Positions 36,568 through 47,785 of a stretch of 64,000 nt of DNA are shown one piece after another. Under the pieces are notes generated by a model. The model made no database searches and was not told where the DNA came from. It was given only the letters and a program-made list of their open reading frames with translations. Each line of letters begins with the position of its first letter. Position 1 is the stretch's first letter. The position numbers and the translations under genes are program-made. Source of the stretch: a virus (Duplodnaviria; Caudoviricetes); the IMG/VR virus record IMGVR_UViG_3300042554_001750; one strand, 5' to 3'.

Positions 36568-39500
36568 TTAAAACTGTATAACTGGTGATGTGGGCGGTGT
36601 GAAGTTAGCTGTATAACGGGCTACACCGTTTGTTACTCGTAAGTCATCTATGTAGCCGTTGAATTCAGTGAAATAACTTTCTCCCCCGTACCCTACATAG
36701 AGTGGTTGAGTGGTAAATGTAATATTTGTGCTATTTGACCCAGTGCCGGATGCCACCCCGTTTATATACCAAGTCCAAGTGCTTCCGTTACGCACAAACG
36801 CAAGGTGAGTCCAGGTATTTGCAGTGATCGCACTAGTGGCTGTTGTGTAAATATCCGAACCGCCTGTCAATCCGTTATAATGAATACTGGGTGTCCCTGC
36901 ATTAAGGTGCATCACAAATTTGGGCACACCACCAGGTCCGCCACTTAGTGCATAAAAACCGCGTATTCCGGCAATGCTACTTGGGTATAACCAGGCTTCA
37001 AAAGTAAAACTTCCAGTACCTAAATTATTATTTACTGAGAATGGTGAGACCAAGTAATCGCCAGTGCCATCAAACGACATACTGCTATTACCGTATTTCT
37101 TGATTACTCCAGTGGTACTAGCATTGCCCAGTGTTTCGTAAGTGGCCATCATGGCACTGTCGTAAATGGCTGCACTGGTACCGTTAGCCAATATCAGGGT
37201 GTTTTGTATAGGCTGTAATGGTGCCACTGGTGGTGCAAAAGACGCAGTATAAAGAACTGTGCCTCTAATGTATCTTAGATTAGATATGTATCCAGTCCAA
37301 AACTTTGCAGGATTTAAAGTGCTACCAATATAAAAATTTTGAGTTGTTTGATCATAATAAGTTCCTGTAGCGGAACTGCCAGACGCAACGCCATTTATAT
37401 AGTAACTGATAGTATTATCAGACCTAGTTACAACAACGTGGTTCCATTGATTTATGCGTACAACAGAAGAACCCGAAGATGTTCCAACGGATGCTCCGTC
37501 TCCATTATTATCTGACTGTACAGTTCCATTGGTGTTAACCATGAGACTTAATCCTCTGGAATTGCCGTTAAATGTACCAAAAAACGCACTTTGGGCTGCT
37601 AGACTGGTTGGATATAACCAAACCTCTATAGTCCAATTACCATTGGTAAGATTAAGTACTGGTGATAAAACACTAACTAAGTAATCCCCAGTACCATCAA
37701 AATACATGCTGCCACCGTAATTTGCCACACTGTAAGTAGCATTGCTACCAGTGGTACTAGTCCAGCCAAATGGGTTGAATTGAGTGGGCTGGCTGTTACC
37801 AAAGACGGTTATGGCGAAGTTGTTGGTGCTATTATCAACGAATGTGGCGTTTTGGCATGTTAGTAGACTTGTACCTGACACTGCGGTTAGTGGTGCAGTT
37901 GGGGGCGTGAATGCTGCTGTGTAAACTGCTGTGCCTTTGACCAAACGCACATTGGATATGTATCCTGTACATACACCTGTTACACTTCCGTTGAAAAATT
38001 CAGCTCCTATATACGTTGTTCCCGAAAATGTAGCCGATGAAGTCCAAGTACCCAGTGAAGCTCCGTTTAAATAGAGAGTCACTGTTGTTCCTGCCCGAAC
38101 CACAGCAACATGTGACCAAGTTCCAACTGCAGGTAATGTTGCACTACTGATACGGTTAGCTCCATTGGAATACACTATTAGTGCAGATCCTGTACTACCT
38201 ATATAAACTTCAATCCCCGTAGAAGTAAAAGAATCTCCAAGAGTAAAGAAAAAGTTGTTGCCGCTTGCAGAACGGTAAACCCAAAACTCAATAGTAAAGT
38301 CTGCATTTAGTGTAGTGGCAGCATTATTTGGCGCTGTCAAATAATCCCCAGTGCCATCAAAGTAACCACTATAACTTGTGGGAGTAGTCAACACTGGGTT
38401 GAAGGGGTTGAAGCGTTGTACGCTAACATCACCGTTTCTTGTTATAGTAAAGTTGTTACCACTGTCATCTATGAATCTATTATCAGCACAAGTTAGTAGG
38501 CTGGTGTTAGCGATTGGTGTGAGAGGTGCTGTGGGTGGCGTGAACGCTGCGGTATATACTGCTGTACCTCTTACTATGCGTAAATTTGAAATATAACCAT
38601 TGTATCCAGTATTTTGCACCGAACCTAAATTTAAGGTAGAACCCGAGGGCCCCTGTGGGGTACCAGATTTTGATACTGAAAATGCTTGAACCCCGTTAAT
38701 GTAACCCTTAAGGGTGGAATTTGAATTAGTGTAAACCATGGCAACATGAGTCCAGGTGTTCAAAGCAACAGTAGAAGTACTGACTGCGTTAGTTACTCCA
38801 GCACCATTATAGTAATAAAAATATAAGTTACCCGATGAATTTGTACCAAAACTCCAGTATGTATCTGCACTAGTTGGTAAACCATATGCAACTTGTAATG
38901 GCAAACTATTAGTAGCACTCTGGGCGTTTACTCTATTGAAAATCCACATTTCAATAGTGTAATCTGTGTCCCACCACTGGACTGTAGATGCACTGTAAGG
39001 CATTGTTAAATAATCTCCAGTGCCATCAAAATAATTGCTCCAGCCACCACCATAGGGCGTAAAACTGCCCTGTGTTGTATTACCATTTCTAGTAATTAAA
39101 AAGTTACTGGCACTACTATCCAAAAACATATTATTGTTGTTGGGCTGATTGTTTTGTAGTGTTAGTAGTTGTGTGTTTGCAACTGCGGTTAATGGTGCTG
39201 TGGGCACAGTTATAGTGGTTTGCGTAGGGTTATATACTGCTGTGCCCTTTACAAATCTTACATTTGATATGTAGCCAGTAACACCCTGTGCGACCGTTTC
39301 ATTATTGCCTATGCGAAGCTCACCTTGAGCAAAACTTGTACTATTAGTAACAGTACCGCCGTCTGTGCGAGAACCATTGATCCAGAGTGACATAGTAGTT
39401 CCGCTTCTTGATGCTGCAATATGTACCCATTGATTCAATGGCATATTGATGTTAGAAGTCAATAAATCGGCAACACCATAACTTCTAATTACAACCTTAC

Positions 39501-41097
39501 TGCCAGTAACATAAACAATCAAGCCGTTGGTTGCGTTTATCAAATAGAAAACTGGATTGCTGGCCAGACTCGAGGTGTATGCCCAGAACTCAACCGTGAA
39601 ATCCGCCGGTGCTGCAAATGCTGTATTACTGGCCAGTGAAAGATAATCACCAGTGCCATCAAAATATCCCGAACCATAAGTGCTGTAGGCACTGAGAGGT
39701 ATGAATGGATCAAAACCACTTATTGATACACTACCGCTGACCGTTACGGTGAAATTATTTGTGCTATTGTCAATGAATCTATTGCTCTGGCATGTGAGCA
39801 ATTGTGTATTTGTGATGGTTGTAAGCGGAGTTGTACTTGGGGTAAAGTTTCCAGTGTATACAATTGTACCACGGACATATCTGAGATTGCTTATAAATCC
39901 CTTCCAGCCCAGTGTTGATATACCAAAGTTACCAAATTGACCAATAGTCAAGGGTTGATTTGATGCAAAGATTGAGGCTGCGTCCGTGGTTGACCCAGTG
40001 GCGACACCATTCACATAAAATGTATAGACACCAGCACCAGTACGTGTAAAGGCAAAATGATACCATTGTCCCGCTGTTACAGTAAATGAGTTTGAATATA
40101 TAAATGCGTCTGTGCTTCCATTGGTCGTGTAGTAAACTTGTAGTTTTCCGTTTGCCAAACTAAAGCCCCATGCCCGTTGCCCGGTGGCCACTTGTGACAC
40201 AATGTAATATTGATCACTTGTGTTATATGATTCTAGATAACAGAATGCTTCAACAGTTATGTCAGTATCCAAATTCCAGGCTGCATTGTCAGGAACAGTA
40301 AGGGCATTAGTAGATGTAAAATAATTACTGTAATATCCGGGCGTATATGGACCAAAGTTATTTGGTCTTGTATCACCAATCACACTAACAGCAAAATTGT
40401 TTGTGCTGGCATCACTAACGAATGTGCTGGATGGATTACTAGCACTCAACAATGTGGTTACATATTCAAAGTTAGCATCGCCAGCAGCGATAGTAATACT
40501 AAATGCTCGGGGACTTTCTTGCGCTTGGCCGTCTATGGCTTCAACAGTAAAATTGTAGGTGGTTTCGCTAGTAATACCAGTAACTGTGCCACTCAACAAC
40601 CCACCGCTAGATAAACTTAGTCCGGGAGGTAATGTACTACCCGCCTGTAATGCATAAGTCACCGGGGCATCTCCCGTAGCACTGAACTGTATGCTAATTG
40701 CACTATCCACTTGGCCACCAGTGAGTGTGCTGCCAGTGACCCATGTGGGATCACCACTGTATGTTAAACCGTTTACTAATATTGCTACGCCACCATTGCT
40801 CACAGTAACATACACAATATATGTTCCGGCTGCTTGTGCGGGTACTTGCACATTTAAGGTTGTGCTGTTTACAAAAGTAACACTGGTTGCTGTCACACTG
40901 CCTATGACCACCTGAGTTCCAGCAGTAAAGTTAGTTCCGGTAATTTTAATATATCCACCACTAGTGCTTACAGCAGTATCGTCTTTGACAACATAACCAC
41001 TGGTTGTAATCTGAACTTGCGTGATAGTGGGGGCAGTTGAACTCAGTGCTGTGATAGTCGCAGGGCTAAGGTTGGTAAGGTCAATATAGGTTGGCAT
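36568..41097 (-). CDS. Large fibre/adhesin: IPT/TIG + Ig-like (He_PIG) + six LamG/concanavalin-A modules
   Basis: ITGTNF...VTFVNSTTL; LPPGLSLSSGGLLSGT; six units with (Y/S)FDGTGDYL...W.H.A..R...LY.NG...GYISNLR. Confidence 0.8.
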   Translation of the reverse strand: MPTYIDLTNLSPATITALSSTAPTITQVQITTSGYVVKDDTAVSTSGGYIKITGTNFTAGTQVVIGSVTATSVTFVNSTTLNVQVPAQAAGTYIVYVTVSNGGVAILVNGLTYSGDPTWVTGSTLTGGQVDSAISIQFSATGDAPVTYALQAGSTLPPGLSLSSGGLLSGTVTGITSETTYNFTVEAIDGQAQESPRAFSITIAAGDANFEYVTTLLSASNPSSTFVSDASTNNFAVSVIGDTRPNNFGPYTPGYYSNYFTSTNALTVPDNAAWNLDTDITVEAFCYLESYNTSDQYYIVSQVATGQRAWGFSLANGKLQVYYTTNGSTDAFIYSNSFTVTAGQWYHFAFTRTGAGVYTFYVNGVATGSTTDAASIFASNQPLTIGQFGNFGISTLGWKGFISNLRYVRGTIVYTGNFTPSTTPLTTITNTQLLTCQSNRFIDNSTNNFTVTVSGSVSISGFDPFIPLSAYSTYGSGYFDGTGDYLSLASNTAFAAPADFTVEFWAYTSSLASNPVFYLINATNGLIVYVTGSKVVIRSYGVADLLTSNINMPLNQWVHIAASRSGTTMSLWINGSRTDGGTVTNSTSFAQGELRIGNNETVAQGVTGYISNVRFVKGTAVYNPTQTTITVPTAPLTAVANTQLLTLQNNQPNNNNMFLDSSASNFLITRNGNTTQGSFTPYGGGWSNYFDGTGDYLTMPYSASTVQWWDTDYTIEMWIFNRVNAQSATNSLPLQVAYGLPTSADTYWSFGTNSSGNLYFYYYNGAGVTNAVSTSTVALNTWTHVAMVYTNSNSTLKGYINGVQAFSVSKSGTPQGPSGSTLNLGSVQNTGYNGYISNLRIVRGTAVYTAAFTPPTAPLTPIANTSLLTCADNRFIDDSGNNFTITRNGDVSVQRFNPFNPVLTTPTSYSGYFDGTGDYLTAPNNAATTLNADFTIEFWVYRSASGNNFFFTLGDSFTSTGIEVYIGSTGSALIVYSNGANRISSATLPAVGTWSHVAVVRAGTTVTLYLNGASLGTWTSSATFSGTTYIGAEFFNGSVTGVCTGYISNVRLVKGTAVYTAAFTPPTAPLTAVSGTSLLTCQNATFVDNSTNNFAITVFGNSQPTQFNPFGWTSTTGSNATYSVANYGGSMYFDGTGDYLVSVLSPVLNLTNGNWTIEVWLYPTSLAAQSAFFGTFNGNSRGLSLMVNTNGTVQSDNNGDGASVGTSSGSSVVRINQWNHVVVTRSDNTISYYINGVASGSSATGTYYDQTTQNFYIGSTLNPAKFWTGYISNLRYIRGTVLYTASFAPPVAPLQPIQNTLILANGTSAAIYDSAMMATYETLGNASTTGVIKKYGNSSMSFDGTGDYLVSPFSVNNNLGTGSFTFEAWLYPSSIAGIRGFYALSGGPGGVPKFVMHLNAGTPSIHYNGLTGGSDIYTTATSAITANTWTHLAFVRNGSTWTWYINGVASGTGSNSTNITFTTQPLYVGYGGESYFTEFNGYIDDLRVTNGVARYTANFTPPTSPVIQF

Positions 41098-41105
41098 AAG
41101 CAGTA

Positions 41106-41130
41106 ATACTCACAATATGTGAGTATTTAT
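41106..41130 (-). promoter_or_regulatory. Late promoter overlapped by a 9-bp hairpin
   Basis: ATACTCACA-3 nt-TGTGAGTAT stem; ATAAATA at 41124-41130. Confidence 0.6.
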
Positions 41131-41142
41131 CTGAAAAATGTT

Positions 41143-44100
41143 TTAGAATTGTATTACTGGGCTAGTGGGTGGTGTGAAGTTTGCAGTATAACGGGCCACG
41201 CCTCGGGTAATACGCACATCATCTAAATAACCATTTAAAGCTGCGTTATTAGTGGAACCGATAGTAAAGGGTATGTCTGTGCCTGATACCGGTGATCCTA
41301 CTATAGATGCAGTAGCTGATGAAACTCCGTTAATGTAAATAGCTAATGCTCCCCCATTGTTAACAAAAGCCAAATGATACCACTGTCCTGTTGCCAAAGC
41401 AGTGGTAGTTGTGAACGATTGTTGTGATCCCCTCCAGTAATAGAACCGTACTGTTCCGCCTGTGATAGGACCAAATGACCAATAATTACTAGAAGTAGTT
41501 GGATTCATGTTTCCGATTACTACGCTTTCGTTATTGCCGCCCTGGGTGAACGCATTCGCATAAATCCAATATTCTAAAGTAAAGTTACCTGAATACCAAT
41601 TCAAGAATGGTGCAAAATTATTTGACAAACTCAAATAATCTCCGGTGCCATCAAACGATAAACTGCTATTTCCGTACTTCTTGATTACCCCAGTAGTACT
41701 AGAATTGCCCAGTGTTTCGTATGTTGTGATCATGGCACTATCGTAGATGGCTGCACTGGTGCCGTTGACTTGTAAAACGGCGTTTGCATTGAATGACAAT
41801 GGTGCTACTGGTGGGGCGAAGTTACTGGTATACAGTGCTTGTCCTCTTAGTATACGAAGATTTGTTATGTATCCGTTAATGCTGCCACCGCTGGGCACAG
41901 AACCTACTCGCAATGCTCCTTGAGTTGTATAGTTTTGATCTGTAGTTGTGTTTGAACCAACTAGTACTCCGTTTTTGTACATAATGAATGTTGATCCACT
42001 TTTCATGATTGCCACATGAGTCCATTGATTTAACACGATGTTTGTTGGGTCTTGAACATTAATACTTCCAGCAGAAGTAAACCAGGATAATCTACTGTTA
42101 AAGAATGCCAATGCCCAACGGTTATTATACCCACCACTGGACGCAGCATCAGTCCAGGTTGTTGCCAAGGGAGCATAATTTGAAGGACTTGATGATAAGT
42201 AAAACCAGCATTCAATGGTAAAGTCGCCCGAAGATCCTAGGGTAAATGCTGGGTCGCTTGGCGTTAATAAAAAGTCACCAGTGCCATCAAAATACATGCT
42301 GCCACCGTAATTTGCGACACTGTAGGCTGCATTACTGCCAGTGGTACTAGTCCAGCCAAATGGGTTGAACTGAGTGGGCTGGCTGTTGCCGTTGGCAGTG
42401 ATCGTGAAGTTGTTGGTGCTGTTATCTACGAATGTGGCGTTTTGTAATGTCAATAAACTTGTATTGGCAATAGCAGTTAATGGTGTAGTACTTGGGGTAA
42501 AATTACTGGTATAGACTGCGGTGCCGTTGACCACTCTAAAGTTGCTAATGTATCCATTCACACTATGTGAAGCACTAAAGCCACTGCCACCTATTCTAAT
42601 TGTCCCAGTAGTAGTGCCAAAATTTGTTGAGTTGGTGGTGGTTGAACCCACCTGGGAGCCGTTCACGAATAATCTCAAAGATGTTCCTGATCTACTAACT
42701 GCTATGTGATTCCAGGCATTGGCGACTACCGCAGTAGTTGTAACTGCAACTATCGCGGCATTTCTTGCATCAAATTTTAATTGAGTTGCGCTCCAGTCGT
42801 AGCCAAATTCAGGAAAAGTTCCAGTATCATCCGGTCTTAGGAAAGCAGAGAAAGTGCCAGTGTTTGCCATGTAAGCCCAGAGTTCAATTGTAAAATCACT
42901 GGTGCCGAAGGCCAGCGAACTACCACCAGTATATGATAAACTGTCACCATTACCATCAAAGTAACCACTATAACTTGTGGGTGTGGTCAATGCGGGATTG
43001 AATGGATTAAAGCGTTGAATGCTTACATCACCGTTTCTTGTTATAGTAAAGTTGTTACCACTATCATCTACGAATCTGTTATCGGCACAAGTTAGCAATC
43101 TTGTATTAGCAATAGGTGTGAGCGGTGCAGTGGGTGGAGTAAAGGCAGTAGTGTAAACTGCTGTACCAATAACTATTCTATGATTTGAAATGTAGCCTGT
43201 AAAGTTAAATCCGCTTGGCATGCCCCCAATATAATTGGGTTGTGAAGTACTAAAAATTGAACTGGATCCCACATTAGTTGTGGTTCCTGCTACACCGTTT
43301 ATATATGGAGTAACTGTTGATCCATTTCTAACCAATGCTATATGATACCATGTATTTGCTGCAATATTTCCAAACGCAACACCAGAGGCAAGGTTCCAAG
43401 TAGTACCGTTGGAACTGAGATAATAATTTAATGTTCCGTTAGATGCAGTATAGATCGCCCAGTTAATTGTTGAGCCATCATATCCACAAAATGGTTGTTG
43501 TCCTGAAGCCACAGAATTAAAGTAAACCCATGCTTCAATGGTAAAATCACTATTGCTCAAGTATAAAGAACTACTGAAGGAAATACTCAAATAGTCACCA
43601 GTACCATCAAAATAATTACTCCAGCCACCACCATAGGGACTAAAACTTCCCTGTGTGGTGTTGCCGTTGCGGGTGATCAAGAAGTTATTGGTACTACTAT
43701 CCAAGAACATTGAATTGTTATTGGGCTGGTTGTTTTGTAGTGTTAGTAATTGAGTGTTTGCAACTGCGGTTAGTGGGGCAGCGGGTGGTGTAAATGAACT
43801 TGTATAAACTGCGGTACCTTTAACCAATCTGAAATCAGCCATGTAACCTGTATATAGTGTTTGACCGCTTTCAAATCCAATGTTTAGTGACCCTACAAAA
43901 TTAGTTGAATTTGAAGCTGTGCCCACGCTGACACCATTGACATATAATGTTATGGTATTACTGTTGCGTACTACTGCCACATGGTTCCAGGCATTGATGA
44001 CCACCGCATTATTTGCTGTAATCAGCAGGCTACCGCCATCAAACAAAGTAAAGCTATTTGTTGTATAAAGGAATAACCGTAAATTCGTGCCAACTGATCC

Positions 44101-45744
44101 GTACGAAAACAGATTTATATATCCTCCTGGGGCTGCGGCTATGTTGTACCAAAACTCTATAGTAAAGTTTCCTGAACCAGGTTGCAGATTTGCCTGGCCG
44201 GCCGGTAATGACAAATAATCCCCAGTGCCATCAAAATATCCTGAACCATAAGTGCTGTAAGCACTGACTGGTGCAAATGGATCAAACCCTGATACCAGTG
44301 TATCACCGTTGCGAGTAATAGTGAAGTTATTTGTGCTTGCGTCAATGAATCTGTTGCTTTGACATGTTAGCAGGGCCGTTTGTGTGCCTGTAATTACAGA
44401 GATATTTGTGCCTGAAGATTGTGTTGCAGCCAATGGTGAAGTTGGAGGTATAAACGATCCTGTGTAGACAGCGACACCTTTGACAATACGAAGGTTTGAT
44501 ATGTATCCGTTTACTTGCCTTGACACCAATGCGTTAGCGATATATAACAAACTAGCAGTCCCTGATGTTTGATTCCAGGAATTTGCTGTTGTTGATCTTT
44601 CTACACCATTTAAGTAAATTTTTGTAGTGCCTGATGATCTAACCAGTGCAACGTGATTCCAAGCATTCAATGAAATTAATGCGGCCGCTGTTTCTGTAAC
44701 AGGAGAATTAGGACTGTAACTTCCTGCATAAAATGTAATTGCCCCTGCATTCGTGAATCCAAATGAAATAGCATCAGTTGAGTATGTTCCTGCACCTTCT
44801 CTTACATCAACTACATTGTTAAATTCCTGAGGATAAGATACTAAATAAGCCCAAAACTCAATTGTGCAATTACTAGTTCCCAAAGCTAGAGTAGATCCAT
44901 ACGGAACTGTTAAAGAATCTCCGCTTGTATCAAAATATGCACTATAATATCCCGGTGTGTAGGGGCCAAAACTATTGGGTCGTGTATCGCCAAACACACT
45001 AACAGCAAAATTGTTTGTACTGGCATCAGTGACGAATGTACTACTGGGGTTAGCAGCACTCAACAATGTAGTAACATACTCAAAAAATTGATCACTTGCT
45101 GTAATCGTAATACTAAATGTTCTGGGACTTTCCTGAGCCTGAGCATCAATGGCTTCTATAGTAAAGTTGTAAGTGGTTTCAACTGTGATTCCAGTTACAG
45201 TGCCACTCAACAACCCACCACTGGTTAAAGTTAGTCCTGCGGGCAAACTACTGCCCGCTTGAAGTGCATATGTAACTGGAGCATCACCAGTAGCACTCAA
45301 TTGTATGCTAATTGCACTATCTACTTGCCCACTGGTTAATGTGCTACCAGTAACCCATGCGGGATCACCACTATAAGTCAGTCCATTAACCATGATAGCC
45401 ACGCTGCCAGTGTTTATGGTCACATAAACCACATATGTGCCAGCTGCCAGGGCTGGCACTTGAACATTCAGAGTGGTGCTATTTACAAAACCCACGCTAG
45501 TTGCAGGTGTACTACCAATTACAACTTGCGAACCAGCAGTAAAGTTAGTCCCAGTAATCTTGATATAACCACCACTGGTACTAACGGCTGTGTCATCTTT
45601 GACTACATACCCACTAGTGGTAATTTGTATTTGTGTGATTGTGGGAACTGCACTACCTTGCAAAGCATCAATTGTGCTCTGAGCAAGGTTAGTTGTCAGA
45701 ATCGTGTTACTTTGAATATTGGTGCTGGCTATTCTGGTAGTCAT
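41143..45744 (-). CDS. Large fibre/adhesin paralog: IPT/TIG + Ig-like + six LamG modules
   Basis: Same architecture as 36568..41097 and identical C-terminus VARYTANFTPPTSPVIQF. Confidence 0.8.
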   Translation of the reverse strand: MTTRIASTNIQSNTILTTNLAQSTIDALQGSAVPTITQIQITTSGYVVKDDTAVSTSGGYIKITGTNFTAGSQVVIGSTPATSVGFVNSTTLNVQVPALAAGTYVVYVTINTGSVAIMVNGLTYSGDPAWVTGSTLTSGQVDSAISIQLSATGDAPVTYALQAGSSLPAGLTLTSGGLLSGTVTGITVETTYNFTIEAIDAQAQESPRTFSITITASDQFFEYVTTLLSAANPSSTFVTDASTNNFAVSVFGDTRPNSFGPYTPGYYSAYFDTSGDSLTVPYGSTLALGTSNCTIEFWAYLVSYPQEFNNVVDVREGAGTYSTDAISFGFTNAGAITFYAGSYSPNSPVTETAAALISLNAWNHVALVRSSGTTKIYLNGVERSTTANSWNQTSGTASLLYIANALVSRQVNGYISNLRIVKGVAVYTGSFIPPTSPLAATQSSGTNISVITGTQTALLTCQSNRFIDASTNNFTITRNGDTLVSGFDPFAPVSAYSTYGSGYFDGTGDYLSLPAGQANLQPGSGNFTIEFWYNIAAAPGGYINLFSYGSVGTNLRLFLYTTNSFTLFDGGSLLITANNAVVINAWNHVAVVRNSNTITLYVNGVSVGTASNSTNFVGSLNIGFESGQTLYTGYMADFRLVKGTAVYTSSFTPPAAPLTAVANTQLLTLQNNQPNNNSMFLDSSTNNFLITRNGNTTQGSFSPYGGGWSNYFDGTGDYLSISFSSSLYLSNSDFTIEAWVYFNSVASGQQPFCGYDGSTINWAIYTASNGTLNYYLSSNGTTWNLASGVAFGNIAANTWYHIALVRNGSTVTPYINGVAGTTTNVGSSSIFSTSQPNYIGGMPSGFNFTGYISNHRIVIGTAVYTTAFTPPTAPLTPIANTRLLTCADNRFVDDSGNNFTITRNGDVSIQRFNPFNPALTTPTSYSGYFDGNGDSLSYTGGSSLAFGTSDFTIELWAYMANTGTFSAFLRPDDTGTFPEFGYDWSATQLKFDARNAAIVAVTTTAVVANAWNHIAVSRSGTSLRLFVNGSQVGSTTTNSTNFGTTTGTIRIGGSGFSASHSVNGYISNFRVVNGTAVYTSNFTPSTTPLTAIANTSLLTLQNATFVDNSTNNFTITANGNSQPTQFNPFGWTSTTGSNAAYSVANYGGSMYFDGTGDFLLTPSDPAFTLGSSGDFTIECWFYLSSSPSNYAPLATTWTDAASSGGYNNRWALAFFNSRLSWFTSAGSINVQDPTNIVLNQWTHVAIMKSGSTFIMYKNGVLVGSNTTTDQNYTTQGALRVGSVPSGGSINGYITNLRILRGQALYTSNFAPPVAPLSFNANAVLQVNGTSAAIYDSAMITTYETLGNSSTTGVIKKYGNSSLSFDGTGDYLSLSNNFAPFLNWYSGNFTLEYWIYANAFTQGGNNESVVIGNMNPTTSSNYWSFGPITGGTVRFYYWRGSQQSFTTTTALATGQWYHLAFVNNGGALAIYINGVSSATASIVGSPVSGTDIPFTIGSTNNAALNGYLDDVRITRGVARYTANFTPPTSPVIQF

Positions 45745-45747
45745 TCA

Positions 45748-47772
45748 TCATACTCTTTTTAGTAAAGCCTTTAGTTCTTGTAATTCATCTGGATCGTTTT
45801 CTGTGACTACAGCTTGTGCATCAGTATTAATGAAATTTTCATTAGCACCAACTAACTTGCCCATTGCACCTTTTGGTCCTACCTTTTCGTATGGGCCTAA
45901 TTGACCTACACGCTTTTGGTTGGCGTCTAAATCCTCTTCCACATCAAGTTTACTTTTAATGTCACGCTTCATTGCATCACTATCTTGTTTGTGAAGTTTA
46001 CCTAATTTAGTTATTCTATTAGGTGACATGTTTTTACGCATTTGTCTAAACTCTAAGTCATCGTGACCCATTGAATGACCAGGTCTTGGGAAATGCATAC
46101 TAGGACCGTTAACAATGCTATCGGCAGTGCTGTCACCAAACTCTGCACGAATTTGTGCAATAATATCGTCAGAGTCCTCGTCACCCATATACTCAGGATC
46201 AGTTGCATCACTATATGCATCAATTAGGTCTTTAAGTCTTGCTTTTTTTTCTGAATCTAACCCTTCCGCCACACTTACTTCATCTAACTTGTCATACTTG
46301 GCACGGATCTTTGCCATTTTTTCTTTGCTAGCACCATCTCTACCTGCTTGACGCAATGCGTCCATACCTTCTTTACCATACTTCTTGTTACCAAGATATG
46401 CTTGTAGACCGCTTTCTTCAACTTCTTGTTCATCAATTTGATCTAAGCGTTTTGTCAATGCGGCTAAACCTTCTTTACCGCTGATGTTACGCTCTTTAGC
46501 TTTTTCTAAATCTTTTGTAGTTGTCTTCCAGTCAGGATCGCCACTTTGCTTACGCATAAATGCAGGCATTTGAGTTTTCTTGTGTGCAACTTCTGCATCG
46601 TCAGCTTCGTCTAAATCAAATGCATCTAATCTAGATTTTTCAGTTGCCTGATTGTGTGCTAATGTTTCTGCACCTGCAGCTTCATCTAATGGATTATCTT
46701 CTGCACCACCTTCGCCTGCGTCACCTGCTGTATAAACATCAGTTTCTTCGCTGGCTTCACCACCGTCGCCGCCTTCTAGCAAGTTATCTGCCCATTCTGC
46801 CAACTCACTAACTTCCTTCATCTCACCTAAGTTCTTACTTAGTTTGCTAAGAATTGGCATCACACTTTCAATTCTTGGATCTAGTGTTTCTTGTACGAAT
46901 AATTCGTTTAAATTAGATTCATCATTTTCAGTCTCCATTAATGTAGGAGTCCAGCTTTCAAAATATGCGTTGTATCCACGACTGCCGCGCATCTTGCTCA
47001 ATGACTCACGCAAACTTTGATAGTGACCAAGACCTGCTTCAACTAATTTCTGAGCACTTTCATTGAACTGATTGCCGCGAACAGCACGGACAAAGCCTGC
47101 CATCTTACTATATTCTTCACAAAGGCTCTTGATATGATTCCAACGCTCATCGTTTGGTATTCCGCCTTCTGCCAAATGTCTAGCATAAACTTGTGCGATT
47201 CCTGGACGAGTAGTTGGGGCTAATATTCTTTCACCTTGACTATTCTCTAAAAAGATTTTAGCAATATTTCTAAATCTTTGTTCGCCTTCTTGTATTTGGC
47301 GTGTGTGCTGTAGTACAATTTTAACAGTAGGAATTGCATCATTGTAGCTAGCACTTTTACCCATTGGGTAGTATCCCTCAGAAATTTTTTCTTTTTGCTT
47401 CATATATTCCCTCTTAGACATATCATCAGATAAGCGGTCTTGGTTAATTGTTTGAAATCCTAATTGACGGCGTTGCGCCCATTTTTTCAATTGTATTAAA
47501 AAATCCATGAAACTTTTAGGATTCATGTCATCTTCTTTTAATGTGTTTAGTAACTTGTTATCGTAATATACTTTTAATTGTTGATTACCATCAACTGTCA
47601 CCCATGCAGGTCCGATTTCTTTACCATCTTGTTTGTAGGTAAATTTAATCACATCTGCATCATCACTAACTGGAATCGTCTCTCCCTTACTATTTTTTGG
47701 AACAGGATCAAATCCTTGAACTTTCAGTAGGTCGTATAGACGGTTGTTTAAAGAATTATTGCTAATTGGCAT
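45748..47772 (-). CDS. Large late protein, probable internal head protein, 674 aa
   Basis: Late promoter; acidic modular C-terminal half rich in L/V-x-E motifs. Confidence 0.55.
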   Translation of the reverse strand: MPISNNSLNNRLYDLLKVQGFDPVPKNSKGETIPVSDDADVIKFTYKQDGKEIGPAWVTVDGNQQLKVYYDNKLLNTLKEDDMNPKSFMDFLIQLKKWAQRRQLGFQTINQDRLSDDMSKREYMKQKEKISEGYYPMGKSASYNDAIPTVKIVLQHTRQIQEGEQRFRNIAKIFLENSQGERILAPTTRPGIAQVYARHLAEGGIPNDERWNHIKSLCEEYSKMAGFVRAVRGNQFNESAQKLVEAGLGHYQSLRESLSKMRGSRGYNAYFESWTPTLMETENDESNLNELFVQETLDPRIESVMPILSKLSKNLGEMKEVSELAEWADNLLEGGDGGEASEETDVYTAGDAGEGGAEDNPLDEAAGAETLAHNQATEKSRLDAFDLDEADDAEVAHKKTQMPAFMRKQSGDPDWKTTTKDLEKAKERNISGKEGLAALTKRLDQIDEQEVEESGLQAYLGNKKYGKEGMDALRQAGRDGASKEKMAKIRAKYDKLDEVSVAEGLDSEKKARLKDLIDAYSDATDPEYMGDEDSDDIIAQIRAEFGDSTADSIVNGPSMHFPRPGHSMGHDDLEFRQMRKNMSPNRITKLGKLHKQDSDAMKRDIKSKLDVEEDLDANQKRVGQLGPYEKVGPKGAMGKLVGANENFINTDAQAVVTENDPDELQELKALLKRV

Positions 47773-47785
47773 AGTATTGTATTTA

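Noticed and set aside
36568-45744. Diversity-generating retroelement targeting the fibres
   Set aside because: No reverse transcriptase in the window, and no TR/VR pair differing only at adenines was seen; the similarity lies in coding linkers.
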